From contig CALSCP010002236.1 of assembly GCA_943704425.1 (NCBI GenBank), positions 14,328 through 78,327 of the forward strand: a DNA stretch of 64,000 nucleotides. Direction: 5' to 3'. The DNA is from Ministeria vibrans ATCC 50519 (lineage: Eukaryota > Protista > Filasterea). The translations under genes were made by a program, and so were the position numbers. Shown here in pieces: positions 51,708 through 64,000 of this stretch. The notes beneath the pieces were generated by a model. That model was not told the DNA's origin and ran no database searches. It was given only the letters and a program-made list of their open reading frames with translations. The first letter of the stretch is position 1. Each line of letters begins with the position of its first letter.

Positions 51708-52342
51708 ACTGTCACTTGCGTCACGATCGAAGTTTAAAAAAAAACATTATGCCGTTAAAGAGAGACGCACAAATGACGATGCGCAGTGTGCAGCGGGCAG
51801 AAAAGTGCACAAAGCGCGTGGCAGACGGGACGGGTAGCAGGGGCGACGGCGGGTTTGACAGCCGCTGGAATACCAAAAAAACGGCGATGTTGTTTTGAAA
51901 AAATAGAGCCGTTGTTGACAATACGGCGGCTGTTGTAGCAAGGTGGGCGGGTATTCTCAGGGTCACTGTGGCCATCAAAGGGTAAAGTGGTTGGTTTTAA
52001 GGCTGGAGAACGACCAGACCAGCATTTCGCTTTTTGGTATATTTTTTTTTTCCCAATAGTTTGAGGTAAAAAAAAAACCGAAAATGGCGCATAAACAGGG
52101 TCTTTGGGCGTGGCGAATAGTGAGGGGGGAAAGAAGAGCAAGATGGCAAGGGAGAGCCGGTGCCGGCCGGGGAGCGGGTGGCGGGATGAGCGTTTCGGAG
52201 ATGGCCCGAGTGGATGACGTATGGATTTTTTTTTATCTCGTTTGACTGAGGCATAGCGGGACGAAAATGGATGGCATTGGAGGTGCAAAAGGGGCCCAGA
52301 TGGGATCGATGGCAGCGTAGCGAGGACAAGAAGAGGCGTTAC

Positions 52343-52480
52343 CTCGCGAAGAACCGACGAATCCTTGATCGGAATCTGAGCGCCGTCAGCGGTCACAGCC
52401 GTTGTCGCCGATTTGAGGATGGCTGGAATCTGATAGCCCTCTGGGGCCATCGCCCAAACCCACTTCCCCTCTAAGCTCAT
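52343..52480 (-). CDS. Orphan first exon resembling a myosin N-terminal SH3-like region
   Basis: MSLEGKWVWAMAPEGYQIPAILKSATTAVTADGAQIPIKDSSVLRE followed by a GTAAC donor. The G.WVW.....PA........V...DG pattern is typical of myosin N-termini. No motor domain was found downstream. Confidence 0.4.
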
Positions 52481-52790
52481 ACTTGTGAGTCAGAGGAGAC
52501 TAGATTTAGAAAAAAAGAATGAAGAAGAAGTCGATTGAATGAATCGAATATTCTGAAAAGTAAAAACTAAAAATCCAAAATTAATAGTGTCTCTATATCG
52601 TGTTTGTGTGCTTTCGGATTGCTTCGATTAGAGAGCTTCACACCACGTCTGGGCGATCGCGCTTTCATTTTTTCACTGTGACAATCTCTCTTTTTTTGTC
52701 TCAATTGATACCCAAGTAAGCCACTGGCCCACCACGCATCATCTGACTCTGCTCTGCCTAGTCATTAGCAGAACACACCGCAAGAGAGCA

Positions 52791-54057
52791 ATGGCTGCTA
52801 GCGGGTTGAGCCACTGGGAAGGTATGTGACGGCTCAAAACTGAGGTTTTCCCTTTTTTTTCAATCTCATTTGCACAATGTCGTTTTTTTTTCAATCGTCA
52901 GAGCTGAGGAGATCGGCGAGACAAGTCGAGAATGAGATAGAGGCAAAATTAACAGCGTTTGGCAAACTTGGCGCGGGGTTTCGACAGTCGAGTCGACGCG
53001 GGTGAGACCCAAAGAGTTTATTGTGTCGTGGCGACTGACTCGGCGCTTCTCTCTCTATTATTATGTACAGAGAGGGGCCAGAATCAACCATGGGTGCCGA
53101 CCACACTTTTGAAACTATGTCACGAGAGCTTGGAGAACTCTTATCTAAGGTTTGGAGAGTGATTTTGTCATTGATGATAATACTTATTGTCTCTGCCGTG
53201 TTGATTGTTTCGTTAGCTGACTGCCGTCAATAACAAACTGTGCGACGTGGCTGCTGAAGATATGGGACACTCTGCGTCCGTGTCACACACAGTAGACAGT
53301 ACGGATAAACTCGCTAGTAATATTTCGTAATTTTCTTGTCTCTCTCTCTCTGTCTCTCTCTACTCCTCTATTTGTCTCTCTCTACTCCTCTATCTGTCTC
53401 TCTCTACTCCTCTATCTGTCTCTCCATCTCTCTGTGCAATATTATAAATACCTTTAGGGCATCGGAACATTCTCGATGACTATGAGCAAGAATTCCGCAA
53501 AACCAAGACGATGATAGGCGAAATGCGAGCGAGGCAAGACCTGCTCGCGTCGCAGTCGGGCTCGCCTGCGTCGATGCGGCGCCCCGCCAACGCAAACGAC
53601 TACTACCTATCCGAGAACCAGCGCATCCACTCTTCCCATCGCATCACCGATGACTCCATCGGGTAAGGACATGCGATACTCGCAACACACACATAATTAT
53701 ATATAATTAATAATAATAATAATATTATTATTATTACTATTATAATATTATATAAATTAATGATTATTATTATTATAATAATTATTAATTATAATTGTAT
53801 ATACGCACTTTATATACTTATATATACATACTCTCTTTGTTGCTGCTAGAGCGGCAGTGGCGACCAAAGAGGGGCTGGTGCAGCAACGGGCCATGTTCAA
53901 CTCAGTCAACTCGCGCGTCACGGGTCTCTTTAGTCGCTTTCCTGCCATCAATTCTCTTGTGCAGCGCATCAATGTTCGCAAACATCGCGACTCGCTTATT
54001 CTAGGCTCGGTCATTGCCGTCTGCCTCATCATCCTGTTCTTATATCGTCTGTACTAA
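52791..54057 (+). CDS. GOSR1: Golgi SNARE GS28/Gos1
   Basis: Spliced: MAASGLSHWE|ELRRSARQVENEIEAKL..HRNILDDYEQEFRKTK..RFPAINSLVQRINVRKHRDSLILGSVIAVCLIILFLY. Matches the GOSR1 N- and C-termini. Confidence 0.93.
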
Positions 54058-54121
54058 TGTTTATTTCAATTCAAGACAAATTTTTTTTTTTCTACAACGT
54101 ATTATTAAATAAGTGAGAGAA

Positions 54122-55408
54122 TCAGCTCTTGAGACGCACTGCTAAGCGGGCAATGACACACACTGCCACAAGCAAGGGCAACGGGGCCCACGTGTCGTCG
54201 CCCGTCACATCAACAAGCACACCCACGGCCATCGCAAGGATCCCCATGCCCAGTTGGCGCAGCGTCGCACTCACTGCAAGCACAGTGCTGGCACTGTGCA
54301 CGCCGATGCGACGCTGGCTCTCGCTCAACAGCGCTTCGACCGACGTCACACTGAACACTCCCCAGGAGGCAGCCATGGTTACACCTGCAGCAAGTGCCAC
54401 GCAACGCAGACCAAACACAGTGTGTGCAATGGGGCCCACCACGAAGGCCACAAGTCCCGTTGCGCACGCGATCACAAGTACACGCTGAGCAGGAACCGAG
54501 GCGGGTACAAGTGAATCCACAAGAATACCACTGATGGCACTCACCATACTCACGGCGACCACACCGGCAACAAGGGCGTCGCGTTGAAGACCGAAAAGTG
54601 GCAAAAATAGCGTCGAGTAAAGGTAAAAAACTTCGCCGACAGCAGCAAAGAATGCCGTCACCATACACAAACGCCACAAGTGCGAGTCCTGTGCGCGTCG
54701 ATCCCACATGGCACGCAGACTGAGTGGTGATGATGCGTGCGCTGCGGAGGTTGGTGTGCGTCGTCGAAGAATGAGTGCAAGTATCAGAGACAATCCAGTA
54801 GGGACAATGGACATGTGGACAAGATAGGGTCCTCGGCTCAGTGCGGTCGACTCGTGCGCCGTCGACGTTGTACCGCTCAGCGGTGATGTCCATGCGAGAA
54901 GTGCCGCGGCGATGAGCGGCGCGAAAATGTCGCCAAGGTCACCGGCAAGGTTGATGAGCGACAGACTCTGGCGAATGGACACACGGCCGCGCGTGCGATC
55001 GTGCGCTGCTAGGGTCTCGGCCGTGCCGCTGAGAAAGGCACTGCTAAGGCCCGCACAAAGAGAGTAGAAAAGAAGCAAGAAGGGCGTGGAGAGTCGCAAG
55101 GAGACGTCGAGAAGGAGCAGGTCGGCCAGGGACGCAGCGCACGCCAAAACCAGCATGGATGTGGCGCCCACACGATCGCATAGAATGCCCGATGGAACTT
55201 CTGCTGCAAACGCCGTCAAGGAGACACCTCCCAGAAGGAGACCGGCCAGTGAGGCGGAGCCAGTCGCCGCAACAAGCGACTAAAAGGACGTAAGAAGCAG
55301 TTTGGGTTGTGTGGTTGCCGTTCTTACCTCATAAACAAACGGCAAAAACAGCTCGAGGCGTTGCAAAAAGACGACGAGACATAAAGCACCGAGGTCCACT
55401 ACATGCAT
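54122..55408 (-). CDS. Major facilitator superfamily transporter
   Basis: EVPSGILCDRVG (motif A-like), AFLSGTAETL and ~12 hydrophobic segments. A short first exon (ATG 55408) ends at a GTAAG donor. Confidence 0.82.
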
Positions 55409-55532
55409 GAATATTGACACAGAATTGTGACTTTGTGAGATAAGTCTAAGATTGACAGGTTTTCAAATATTGTGTCGAATGAATAATGAACATTACAGTT
55501 AACACTACTCAAATTTTCTAGAATCAGAGCTG

Positions 55533-56582
55533 ATGTTGGGTGGGATCAATGCAAGATTGGGTCAGTTTGTGCGAGCTCTCAGACGGGTGACGATCACGTA
55601 TTCGAATGAAGCGGACAGTGTTGGCGTGAGGTACGCACACGAACGGTTCTTTTCTCTCTGTGCAGCAGAGAATGATCCCGCCGCCCCCCCCTCCCACCTT
55701 CATCCCTCTCTTTCCTTCTCTCTTTCTCAAGCGCGCGTTCTGTTTTGACACACTTCTCACTCGCAACTTTTCCAACTTTTTTTTTTTGATGTAGAAATTT
55801 CCTAAACGAACATCTTGTCGCATTTGCAAAGGCGAATAAGTCTGTCTCTATCGTTGTGTCGTATCAGCCGCGAACAGTTCCCATTATTGCGGCCGAATTC
55901 AGTACGAAGAGGGCCGTTTTTTACGTTTATATATATTTTTTTTGACAAAGGCATTCTCAAAAGTCATCAAACGTCTCTTTTGTGTTTTGTCGCAGTGAAC
56001 GAACGGGGCGGAGAGCAAATGGTGCGACAAATCAACCGAGCGGACTCGGACGGAATCAACGCAATGCTGGCGGACTGGCGAGAGCGTGGTGGTGTGGAAA
56101 GGAAGAAGCGCGTGAACAACGTCTCGGTGGAGTCGCTGGACCTGAGTGTGCAGGGCACTTGGACGCCGTTTTCGACCAGCGACGTCGTTGTGGGCGTGGA
56201 ACGAAAGCAAAGCGAGCGGATGGGTAGTCGCAAGCTATTGCTGCGCAAGGGATTGGTGCCCGGCAAGGGACCCATGCCAGAGCGACACAGGCTGTTTGCC
56301 GAGTACACCAAGTGGGCGGAGGAGAACCCCGAGAAGGACTACGAAGAACAGCGACGATACGCACCTGGACGACACCCCTACCTGCAAGACCCCAATGCCC
56401 AAGTGAAGAAGGTGCTGCTCAAGCAACACGTCGCATGGGCGGCGCCGCGCGAGCAAGTGCGTAAGGCGCAAGCGGCCGTTGACGAGGCACGCCGCAGTGG
56501 CGATGCCGACAAGCTGCGCCAGGCTGAGGAGGCGCTGGCAACGGCACGCGCCGATGTTATTCATGCCAAGGACATGCTCTAG
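55533..56582 (+). CDS. MRPL43: Mitochondrial ribosomal protein mL43 with C-terminal extension
   Basis: Three exons: MLGGINARLGQFVRALRRVTITYSNEADSVGVR|NFLNEHLVAFAKANKSVSIVVSYQPRTVPIIAAEF|..SVQGTWTPF. Matches mL43 motifs (G.[YF]V..L.R; S.G.R.F; SIQG.W.PF). Confidence 0.85.
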
Positions 56583-56671
56583 TGGCATCATGTCAACAAA
56601 AACCGAGAGCGTCTGTATAGTGAAAAGTAAATTGAAATAGAAAATTACAAGTACACATAAGGAGAGTCGTT

Positions 56672-57391
56672 TCAATAGCGGCGATGGCCGGCGGGATAGA
56701 GAGTGCTTGCGAGCCCACTATCTTGTTTTTTCAGTTGCTCTGGCGACGGTTGTCGTCGAAGTCGCGTTCGCACTGGTGTGGGACTCAGTGGAGCAGAGAG
56801 AGACTCAATGATGGCGCTGGGCGACGCCTCACGATCATTGGCGGGCGGAGCGCGTCCTCTCACTGGCGCAACCACCGCTTTGGCCCACGGCGCTTCGTGA
56901 TTGTGTTCTCGCTGCGCCGCTCCTGCTGGCATTCCCGGGGCACTGTTGAGGAAAAGCAAAATCAAAATGAGGTGAGTAATTAAGTCAAATGTACATACAC
57001 AGGTCGTGAAAATGGTTCACTTGCTTGTTTGTCCCAAGGATTCGCTTCTCGAGGCCGCGGTGGCGCTTGTCTAACGCTCGATGAGACAAGAGACAATCAG
57101 AGACAAATATCATACACAACGAAGCAATATTTCATTTATATGGTACCTCACTGGCGCAGGCTCGGGTGCAGTCGGGCTTGGTTTGACAAGTCTCTTACCG
57201 CACCTACAAAAATCGGAGAGTGATTAACGTTTCTCAACCTTGCTGTGTACTCACGTCTTGACTGTAGCTGGTCCTTCTTCCCAAGGAGATTTGTGCCGTT
57301 GTGCATTCACATTGTCGTTGCGAGCCTTGCGCCCACAAGGTCTGCCAAACCACAATTTTTTAATAAATCGTTGCCATGACGACAGTTTCCA

Positions 57392-57425
<34 letters not shown>

Positions 57426-57508
57426 TCGTACGCCTGTTGATCACTACTCTCTTTGCTCCATGGCGCAACAGTAGACGCTGCTGGTCGGAATTTTCCTGGT
57501 CGAGGCAT
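56672..57508 (-). CDS. Small Pro-rich multi-exon protein with repeated xPW motifs
   Basis: About five exons: MPRPGKFR..APWSK..|PCGRK..SPWEE..|CGKRLVKP..|..NPWDK..|..APWAK..GHRRY*. GT-AG junctions are present, but not every junction phase was confirmed. Confidence 0.5.
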
Positions 57509-57563
57509 TAAAAAAATGAATATCCACTCAATGATCAGTCACTCTTTTAATCTTTTTGATTGG

Positions 57564-58682
57564 ATGCATAGTGCAATTGTGGAAGCACAACAGCGGGTCG
57601 CGGACATTGTCCAACAGCAAGTTGTGGTGAGAACGTTGATCGAAGTCTTGTCGGCCGCACAGGATCTCGACACAAACGAAATTGGCCAACAATGTTCCAA
57701 CATTCGTCGCCAATTGCAACCGTTGGACGTACAGCTCGAAGTACGTCTCGTTGCCCTGACCCTCCTCTCAGCGTAACCCCCCTCGCCACCACCCTTCCTT
57801 GTCTCTCGATGTGTCGTGCAGGAATTCAAGACACAAGTGGTAGAATTGCGTGCGCCCGACGCCATTGTCGGGCAAGTCAGGGCTCTCTTTGATCGGCAAA
57901 AAGCCCAAATTGAAGGGTACGCGTCATCACTTGTCGATACACGCCACCGCCTTGCCTTACCGCGCCTCTTACCTTTACGCCAGTCTTCAGGTATCGTTTC
58001 GTGTTGCCGTGTTGGGAGCACAAAAGAAACTCACAGAGGCAAATGAGCGCAATCGTCAAGAGCTGCTAGGCGACCAAACGACTAACATTCCGCGCAAGCG
58101 ACACACACAGACACGGTACCACGACCACCACCACCGCCGCTGCCGCATCATATTCATATTATTCATATTATTATTCATATTATTATTATTATTTATTATT
58201 ATGATGTTCATGATGATGTTCATGATGATGTATTGTGACTCACGTCTTCTTTCTCGCTTCGCAGCGACCAAAGAGCGGCCATGGATACAACACACGCCAT
58301 CACAGCGTCCCTTCAGCGCACCACTCGCCTAATGGCCGAACAGACCAAACAGAGTGCAGCGACTCTTCAAATACTCGACGACTCCAGCAAGAAGGTCAGA
58401 AAATAACGATTCACACACGCACACACCCACTCTCATTCGCACGCACCGCCTTTCTGTGTTTCGTTCTCTCTATCTAACTCTTTTCTCTCTCATACACATC
58501 AATACAAACAGGTGCAAGCAATCGGCAGTGAGACAGACACTCAGCGCTCAGTGATTGTGCGCGGTCGACAGCTCATCTCCAAACTGTTCCGTCGTGAGTC
58601 CACTGACCGTCTGCTCGTCTTTTTCGGCGTCGCCATTTTTGTCCTTACAGTGCTTTACATTTTGAAAAAGCGACTGTGGTAG
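57564..58682 (+). CDS. BNIP1: ER SNARE Sec20/BNIP1
   Basis: Spliced C-terminus AITASLQRTTRLMAEQTKQS..|..GRQLISKLFRRESTDRLLVFFGVAIFVLTVLYILKKRLW* matches Sec20/BNIP1 (GRKLI.K..RRE.TDKLL..TVLYI.KKRL). Confidence 0.9.
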
Positions 58683-58755
58683 TAATTAGAGTATATAATA
58701 AAGTTATTATTGTAATTAAATAGTATTAATAATTAAAGTAAGGCATAAAATGGGA

Positions 58756-59006
58756 TTAAGCTTTGAAGAGAAAGTCCCACTGAGCGCGAGTGAGTTGATC
58801 GGGCTCGACGAGGTCAGAGGCGTCGCGCACAATGCGCTGGCTTGCGTGCGTCTTAGTGGTCTGCAGGGCCACAATACGCTCTTCAACGGTCCCCTCACAC
58901 ACGAACGAGTGCACTTCGACGCGTTTGGTCTGGCCCAGTCGGAAGATTCGATCACTCGCCTACAGCACAGGTTGTAAGCATCAACAACAATCACTCTTAT
59001 TGATTC

Positions 59007-59082
<76 letters not shown>

Positions 59083-61608
59083 ATTGTATGTGTGCGTTTA
59101 TACCTGACTCTGCAGCTGTGGGTTCCAATGTGCGTCGACAAAGAAGAGGCGGTTTGCGCGCGTGAGATTGAGTCCGACGCCGCCGGCACGAAGCGACAAC
59201 AGCATGACACGGGGTGACACAGTACCGTCGTTGCGCTCTTCGTCGTCCTCGTCACCGTCGCGGTTGTTGTTGTTGTTGTTGCTGTTGAAGCGCGCAAGTT
59301 GGTGAGTGCGTTCGTCGGCAGTGAGTGAGCCGTCGATGCGCGCGAGGGCAGTGTGAGGTGCCAGACGACTTGCAAGCAGATCGAGCACACTGGTCCATTC
59401 GCTGACAATGACGCACGCGTCGTCGGGGAAGTCGTTGAGAGCCTGCTCAATGTGCTGCTGAAGTCTGTCCAGTTTGCTAGAAGGGACGCTCTTGGGTATG
59501 GACTCGTCCACAAGCGAGGTGTGGATGCAAGTCTGGCGCAGACGCAGCAATCGTGTGAGAGGATTGAGTGAGGCGTCTGATGCAATGCGTGAGTACACGG
59601 TACGTTCGTGCGCGTCAAGCGTCACAGTGTGCTCGACCACCTTGCGCGGAGGCAGTTGAACGAGAGGCGAGCCATCGGCAAGGCGGTCTGTTTTGCAGCG
59701 GCGCAAGAGGATGGCGTCCAGAACAAGGGCAAGGCGCGACGACGAGGCAGCAAGCAGATTGGCAAAGACAGCCGGGGTGGAGAAGGGGCTGAAGCGCAGA
59801 AAGGCCAGTGGGGTCTGCAGATCGTCAAGGGCATTGTGCATGGGAGTGCCCGTGAGCATCCAGCGACGCACACCTGGCAACGCCACCACTGCTTGCGTGG
59901 TGGCACTCTTGGCATTGCGCAGTGAGTGAGCCTCATCAAGCACAATGCGCGACCACACAACACGACTCAGAGCCTTGATTGACGACGACGAAGACAACGC
60001 TGATGACGACGAAACACGCTTGTGGTAGCGGGCCTCGGTCTCAATCATGCCGTAGGTGGTGAGCACAAGGTCGGCAGAGCACAGCTGCTCGGCAGTGGCT
60101 CGCCTCGCAGTGGCGCCGTGCCACACGAGCACCGACCACCGTTGTCGCGCTGCGTGCAGTGTAATCTCATCACGCCACTGACTTAATAGTGAAGTCGGCA
60201 GCACCACCAATGTACCACCAGTGCTTGACTCGACAGAGCTGTCGCCACGACAGCCCTGGTGCGCCAACAGAGCGAGCATGCTCACCGTCTTGCCCAGTCC
60301 CATGTCGTCGGCCAGGATGCCTCCACGCGGTCCTTCGCTCAAGCGCTCTTCACGCATTGTCATCCATGCCAAAGCCACTTGCTGATGAGGCAGCAGTGTG
60401 CACGCGAGCGGAGACACCATTGCTGTCGACGATGCCTTCTGCCACGCTTCCTCACAGACGCGTCGCGACTGTGTGATCATGGCTCGCACGCGCGCCAGGT
60501 CTGATTTCGACACACCCACCGTGTCTGCAATTGACAGCGTTGTAAGTGCAGCACTAAGACCGCTATCAGTCTCATCGTCGTCGTCGCTGTCACCGAGAAA
60601 CACAACACTGGCTGCGGGCTCTTGTTGAGGTTTGGGCGCAGGCGGCTGCTCCGCAGCCGCTCGCTGGGGCACTTGCAGACACAGCTCATGACGGAGCTGT
60701 GCAAGGCGTCGACGGAATTCCTCCCGCTTTTGTGCGGGAAACCCACCAATGTTCATGAGTCGTTGCAATCGGGCCATTTCACCATGTTTCTCCGACTCGG
60801 TCACGGGCGCGCGACGTGTCGTTGAACCTGCTGTTAGGGTAGTGGTAGTAGCAGGAGTAGTAGAAGGCGCAGCATCGGTGTGTTGCGTTGTAGTTGTTTC
60901 CGTCGTGGGGATGGCACGAGGAGTACTGGTGGCTTTGGCACCAAATGTTGTGGTGGTTGTGGCTTTGAGGGCAGCTTCGACGGTGCACGGGACACCAGCG
61001 GCAAGGGTAGGGGCAGTGGTGGCCGTCGTTGTCGCGGGCGTGTGATCACTCCGATCATTTTCGTCTTCTTGTTGATGTGCGACCGGAGCGGGCAGCGGCG
61101 TGGACTCGGACGAGGGCACATAGGCTGGGGTGGAGTCGACCGTCGCACTCATGGGCGGCGCAACCTTCGCTGCAGCGGACGATGCGGAGATGCTCGAGCG
61201 ACAGCACCAGCCTGAGCCGGATATTTTGGTACATCTAAGGCTGACTGCACCGTCGGCGGCGACGGCGCGCACACTGACGAGGCCATCGAGGTGGCGAGGA
61301 CACACGGCGGAATTTCGAATCTCCTCGAGAAGCGGACCGTCGCGTACGGGCTCACACGAGCTGCATCCGTGGCGGGTGCCGCGCATGGAGCACACAAAGA
61401 AGGATCGGCCTCGGTTGCGCACATCCTTGGTCGATGTCTTGACCCAGCAGCGCCGCTGGTGTCCTGCGCAGTTCGGCACTGCGTTTGCCGCTGCCGCACT
61501 CAGTCGCTTCGCGGGCGGGACACTCGCCCGCGCACTCTCTTTGCACCTTCCCTGAGTATCTTCAATCTGGCCCACCGCCACAAACGGACGTCGCGTCACC
61601 GGGTCCAT
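58756..61608 (-). CDS. TTF2: Transcription termination factor 2 / Lodestar-type SNF2 ATPase
   Basis: N-terminal zf-GRF (C..H...C..K.....N.GRSFFVC), GGILADDMGLGKT, DEAH, LTGTPMHN, LSLRAGGVGLNL and WNP. No RING insertion. The last exon, after a (GT)n intron, reads ASDRIFRLGQ..TVEERI..LFKA*. Confidence 0.88.
59009..59078. repeat. (GT)n microsatellite in a TTF2 intron
   Basis: Read directly from the sequence. Confidence 0.95.
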
Positions 61609-61777
61609 GGGAATTGAGGGTTCTTCTTTTTTGAATTTAGAAAAAATAAAATTATTTATGTTTGCTATTAATTATTAATTATACGAATTGGAATGAATAT
61701 AATAATATTTTAATACGTCGTGTCTTAATTCTCATTACTCAATATTCAATACGCAGCAATCAAAATAATCATCTTCA

Positions 61778-63961
61778 ATGGAACCGTTGCCGGACACTGC
61801 CATTGATGAGTTCCGGTCGCTGCTCCGTCGGGCGGTCGAAGCATTTGATGCTACTCATGGTACAGACAAGCAACGGCATCTGTGCCACTGTTTGCGTCGA
61901 CTGCTTTTGTGGGGGCTTACACGAACGAGTGTCGTGAGCAGGGTTGCGCCCATGCCTCCCACTCCTCAATGCGCCTCTGTTCTTTTTTTTGGGAGTGTTT
62001 TTTTGTTTTTTGTCTTGGAGAGAACGCTCTTTTTTTTTTACCTCAACCGCATTTCTCGGCATCTTTGCAGTCCCCACCACGAGCGTAGCACGCTACAACG
62101 ATCTCATCGACACCGCATCGTCGTCTGAGCTGTCGCGATTCCTCCGTGCTGCCGGTGCAACGGCAGAACTGACGAGTGAGGTGTCGGCTGTGGCTGCGCG
62201 TCGCTTCCTCAAGCATCGCGAGGCGTACGACGGCCACTCGCTCAATGCGTACGACTTGGGCGACGACCTGCGCTCCGGCGTCCTCGTGATGCCCGGCGGA
62301 GCATGCGTCGACAACACTGGGGCACAGGTTGGAGCAAAAAAGAGAGAGCGACAGAAAAAAAAAAAAAAAGAAAAGATGATGTATGTGTCTCAAACAATCG
62401 TTTGGTGACAGGTTGTTGTCTTCTCGGCGAGAAAACACTCGTCAAAGGTGCGCACGGCTGATCTCATGCGCTACCTGATTGAATCGGCCACAACGACGCG
62501 GATCACGCTCGTCTACGACCTGACGGGTGCTGCCTGGGAGCACCTTGACATTGGCGTGCAAACGCGCGTTTTCCACGGCCTCGGAAATACCCTTCCCGTC
62601 TCCATTCACAGAAGTAAGATTAGGCCATGAGAAAGAAAGTGTTAAAAAGAAAGTGCCAGAATAGAGAGTGAGAGGAGAGAAGCAAAGTGGCAGAGGAGGG
62701 AGAGCGAAGCAAAGAGATAGAGGAGTGAGTGAGAAACCAAGTGATAGAAGAGGGAGAGGAGGGAGAGCGAAGCAAAGTGATAGAGGAGTGAGAAAGGAAC
62801 AAAGTGATAGAGGAGACAAATGATACGGAGAAATTAAGACACTGTACAATTTGATTTAGTTTTGCTTGTCAATGCACCCTGGTGGATCCGGCTTCTCATT
62901 CCCGCTCTGCAAGCTGTTGTGCGAGGTTAGTTTACGATCTATGACCCCCCCCCTCTACGCAACGAGTGTACATGTGTTCTGACACGTTTTCGGTTTTAGG
63001 AGACATTTTGTCGCGACTGGAGCAGGTGACACTGTCGCAACTGCACGAGGTAGTGTCGCCTCTTCACTTGCCGAGCTGTGTGAACCTTGGGGGTGCACTG
63101 GATTTTAATCTGGGGGCGTTTGTAAAAGAGAGGGAACGCGCGGACAGCACGCCGCAGGGTCAACGGCCCGTGGCAGTACCGGGCACGATGATAGTGCGCG
63201 AACACGATGGGACAGATGGGGCGGGCGTGACGACGCAAGAGTCGTGTGTGGTGCGTGTGAGTGGTAGTCAGTTGCGCTACCTTAAGGGGTGTACGGGAGA
63301 CGCAAGCGAGGGTGACTTGGTCATGGGCGACACGGCGACTGTGGTTGAGCTGGGCGACTGTTCGCATGTGAGTGTGACGGACACGGCAAGATCACTGTTG
63401 TCGTGCGAGGAGCACATTGTGTGTTTGCACCGTGCGTCGACGGGCGACAAGTGCCTTGAGATTGTGACCGACTCGGAGAGCGAGCGCTCGGCATGGGTGA
63501 CACGGCTTCGCGAAGGCATTGCCTCAGTCTCAGACAAGCGCGAGAATACGCGTCGCAACATTGTCATGGAAATACTCACGACAGAGCGCACATACGTACA
63601 AACGCTTGAGATGGTCCGCTCCGTCTTTGAGATGCCTCTGCGCACTGCGTACAACGAAGGCCATCCCGTCATTGACGACAAGGAGATCAAGTCTATCTTC
63701 TTAGAGCTTGAAGGAATTCTTCAAGTCAATCACGCGGTATGTTTGCTTTATTCTCGTAGTTGTACATTCAATCTCATTCCTTGTTTTTTCTTCTTTTTTT
63801 TCGTCCGTTTTGTAGCTTTTGGACGGACTTGAGAAAAGAATAAACAACTGGAGTCCCGAACAGTGTGTTGCGGACGTATTTCAGAATGTACTTGCTCACA
63901 TGAAGGTAATCAAATGAGAGACAGAGAGGAGGGGGAACGAATAAGTGAGAACTCAAGTATT

Positions 63962-64000
<39 letters not shown>
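61778..64000 (+). CDS. Sec14/CRAL-TRIO + PH + DH (RhoGEF) protein, 3' end outside the window
   Basis: CRAL-TRIO: LSRFLRA, LVYDLTG, LVNAPWW, LP...LGG. PH: SESERSAWVTRLRE. Start of DH: RRNIVMEILTTERTYVQTL..IKSIF..LEGILQVN. Confidence 0.8.
62660..62825. repeat. Purine-rich degenerate tandem repeat (GAGGAGGGAGAGCGAAGCAAAG.. units) in an intron
   Basis: Duplicated units read directly from the sequence. Confidence 0.7.

Noticed and set aside
52791-58682. Functional cluster of trafficking genes (GS28 and Sec20, plus RME-8, intersectin and PX elsewhere in the window)
   Set aside because: They are interspersed with unrelated genes and some adjacency is probably an assembly artefact; there is no evidence beyond chance.

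Overview
Gene-dense genomic DNA from an intron-containing eukaryote: GC-rich exons, short GT-AG introns often filled with microsatellites, AT-rich intergenic spacers, and the standard genetic code. The gene set (RME-8/DNAJC13, intersectin-like PH-C2, NPHP1, TTF2, FG-GAP and Notch-type EGF proteins) suggests a flagellated unicellular holozoan or relative; this is inference only. About 20 genes or gene fragments were reconstructed by hand, several of them missed or mis-joined by the ORF track. All homology calls come from remembered family motifs, not from database searches. Highlights: (1) a candidate bicistronic transcript at 7967-8625(-). A spliced 68-aa ORF (APC16-like C-terminal motif, weak start context, no internal ATG) is followed 16 nt later by a CMC4-like twin-CX9C ORF, which is a leaky-scanning signature. 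(2) A ~7100-aa surface protein at 29578-51077(-). Three bacterial-type globular domains are each inserted into the same loop of an EGF repeat, followed by three IgGFc-binding/Ca-loop/Ig super-repeats, a TM helix and a Tyr-rich tail. One in-frame TAG interrupts it and could also serve as a splice acceptor. (3) The RME-8 gene is split: its last four exons lie about 19.4 kb downstream, beyond an N gap. The intervening block has orphan gene halves at both ends, so a mis-assembly is most likely.
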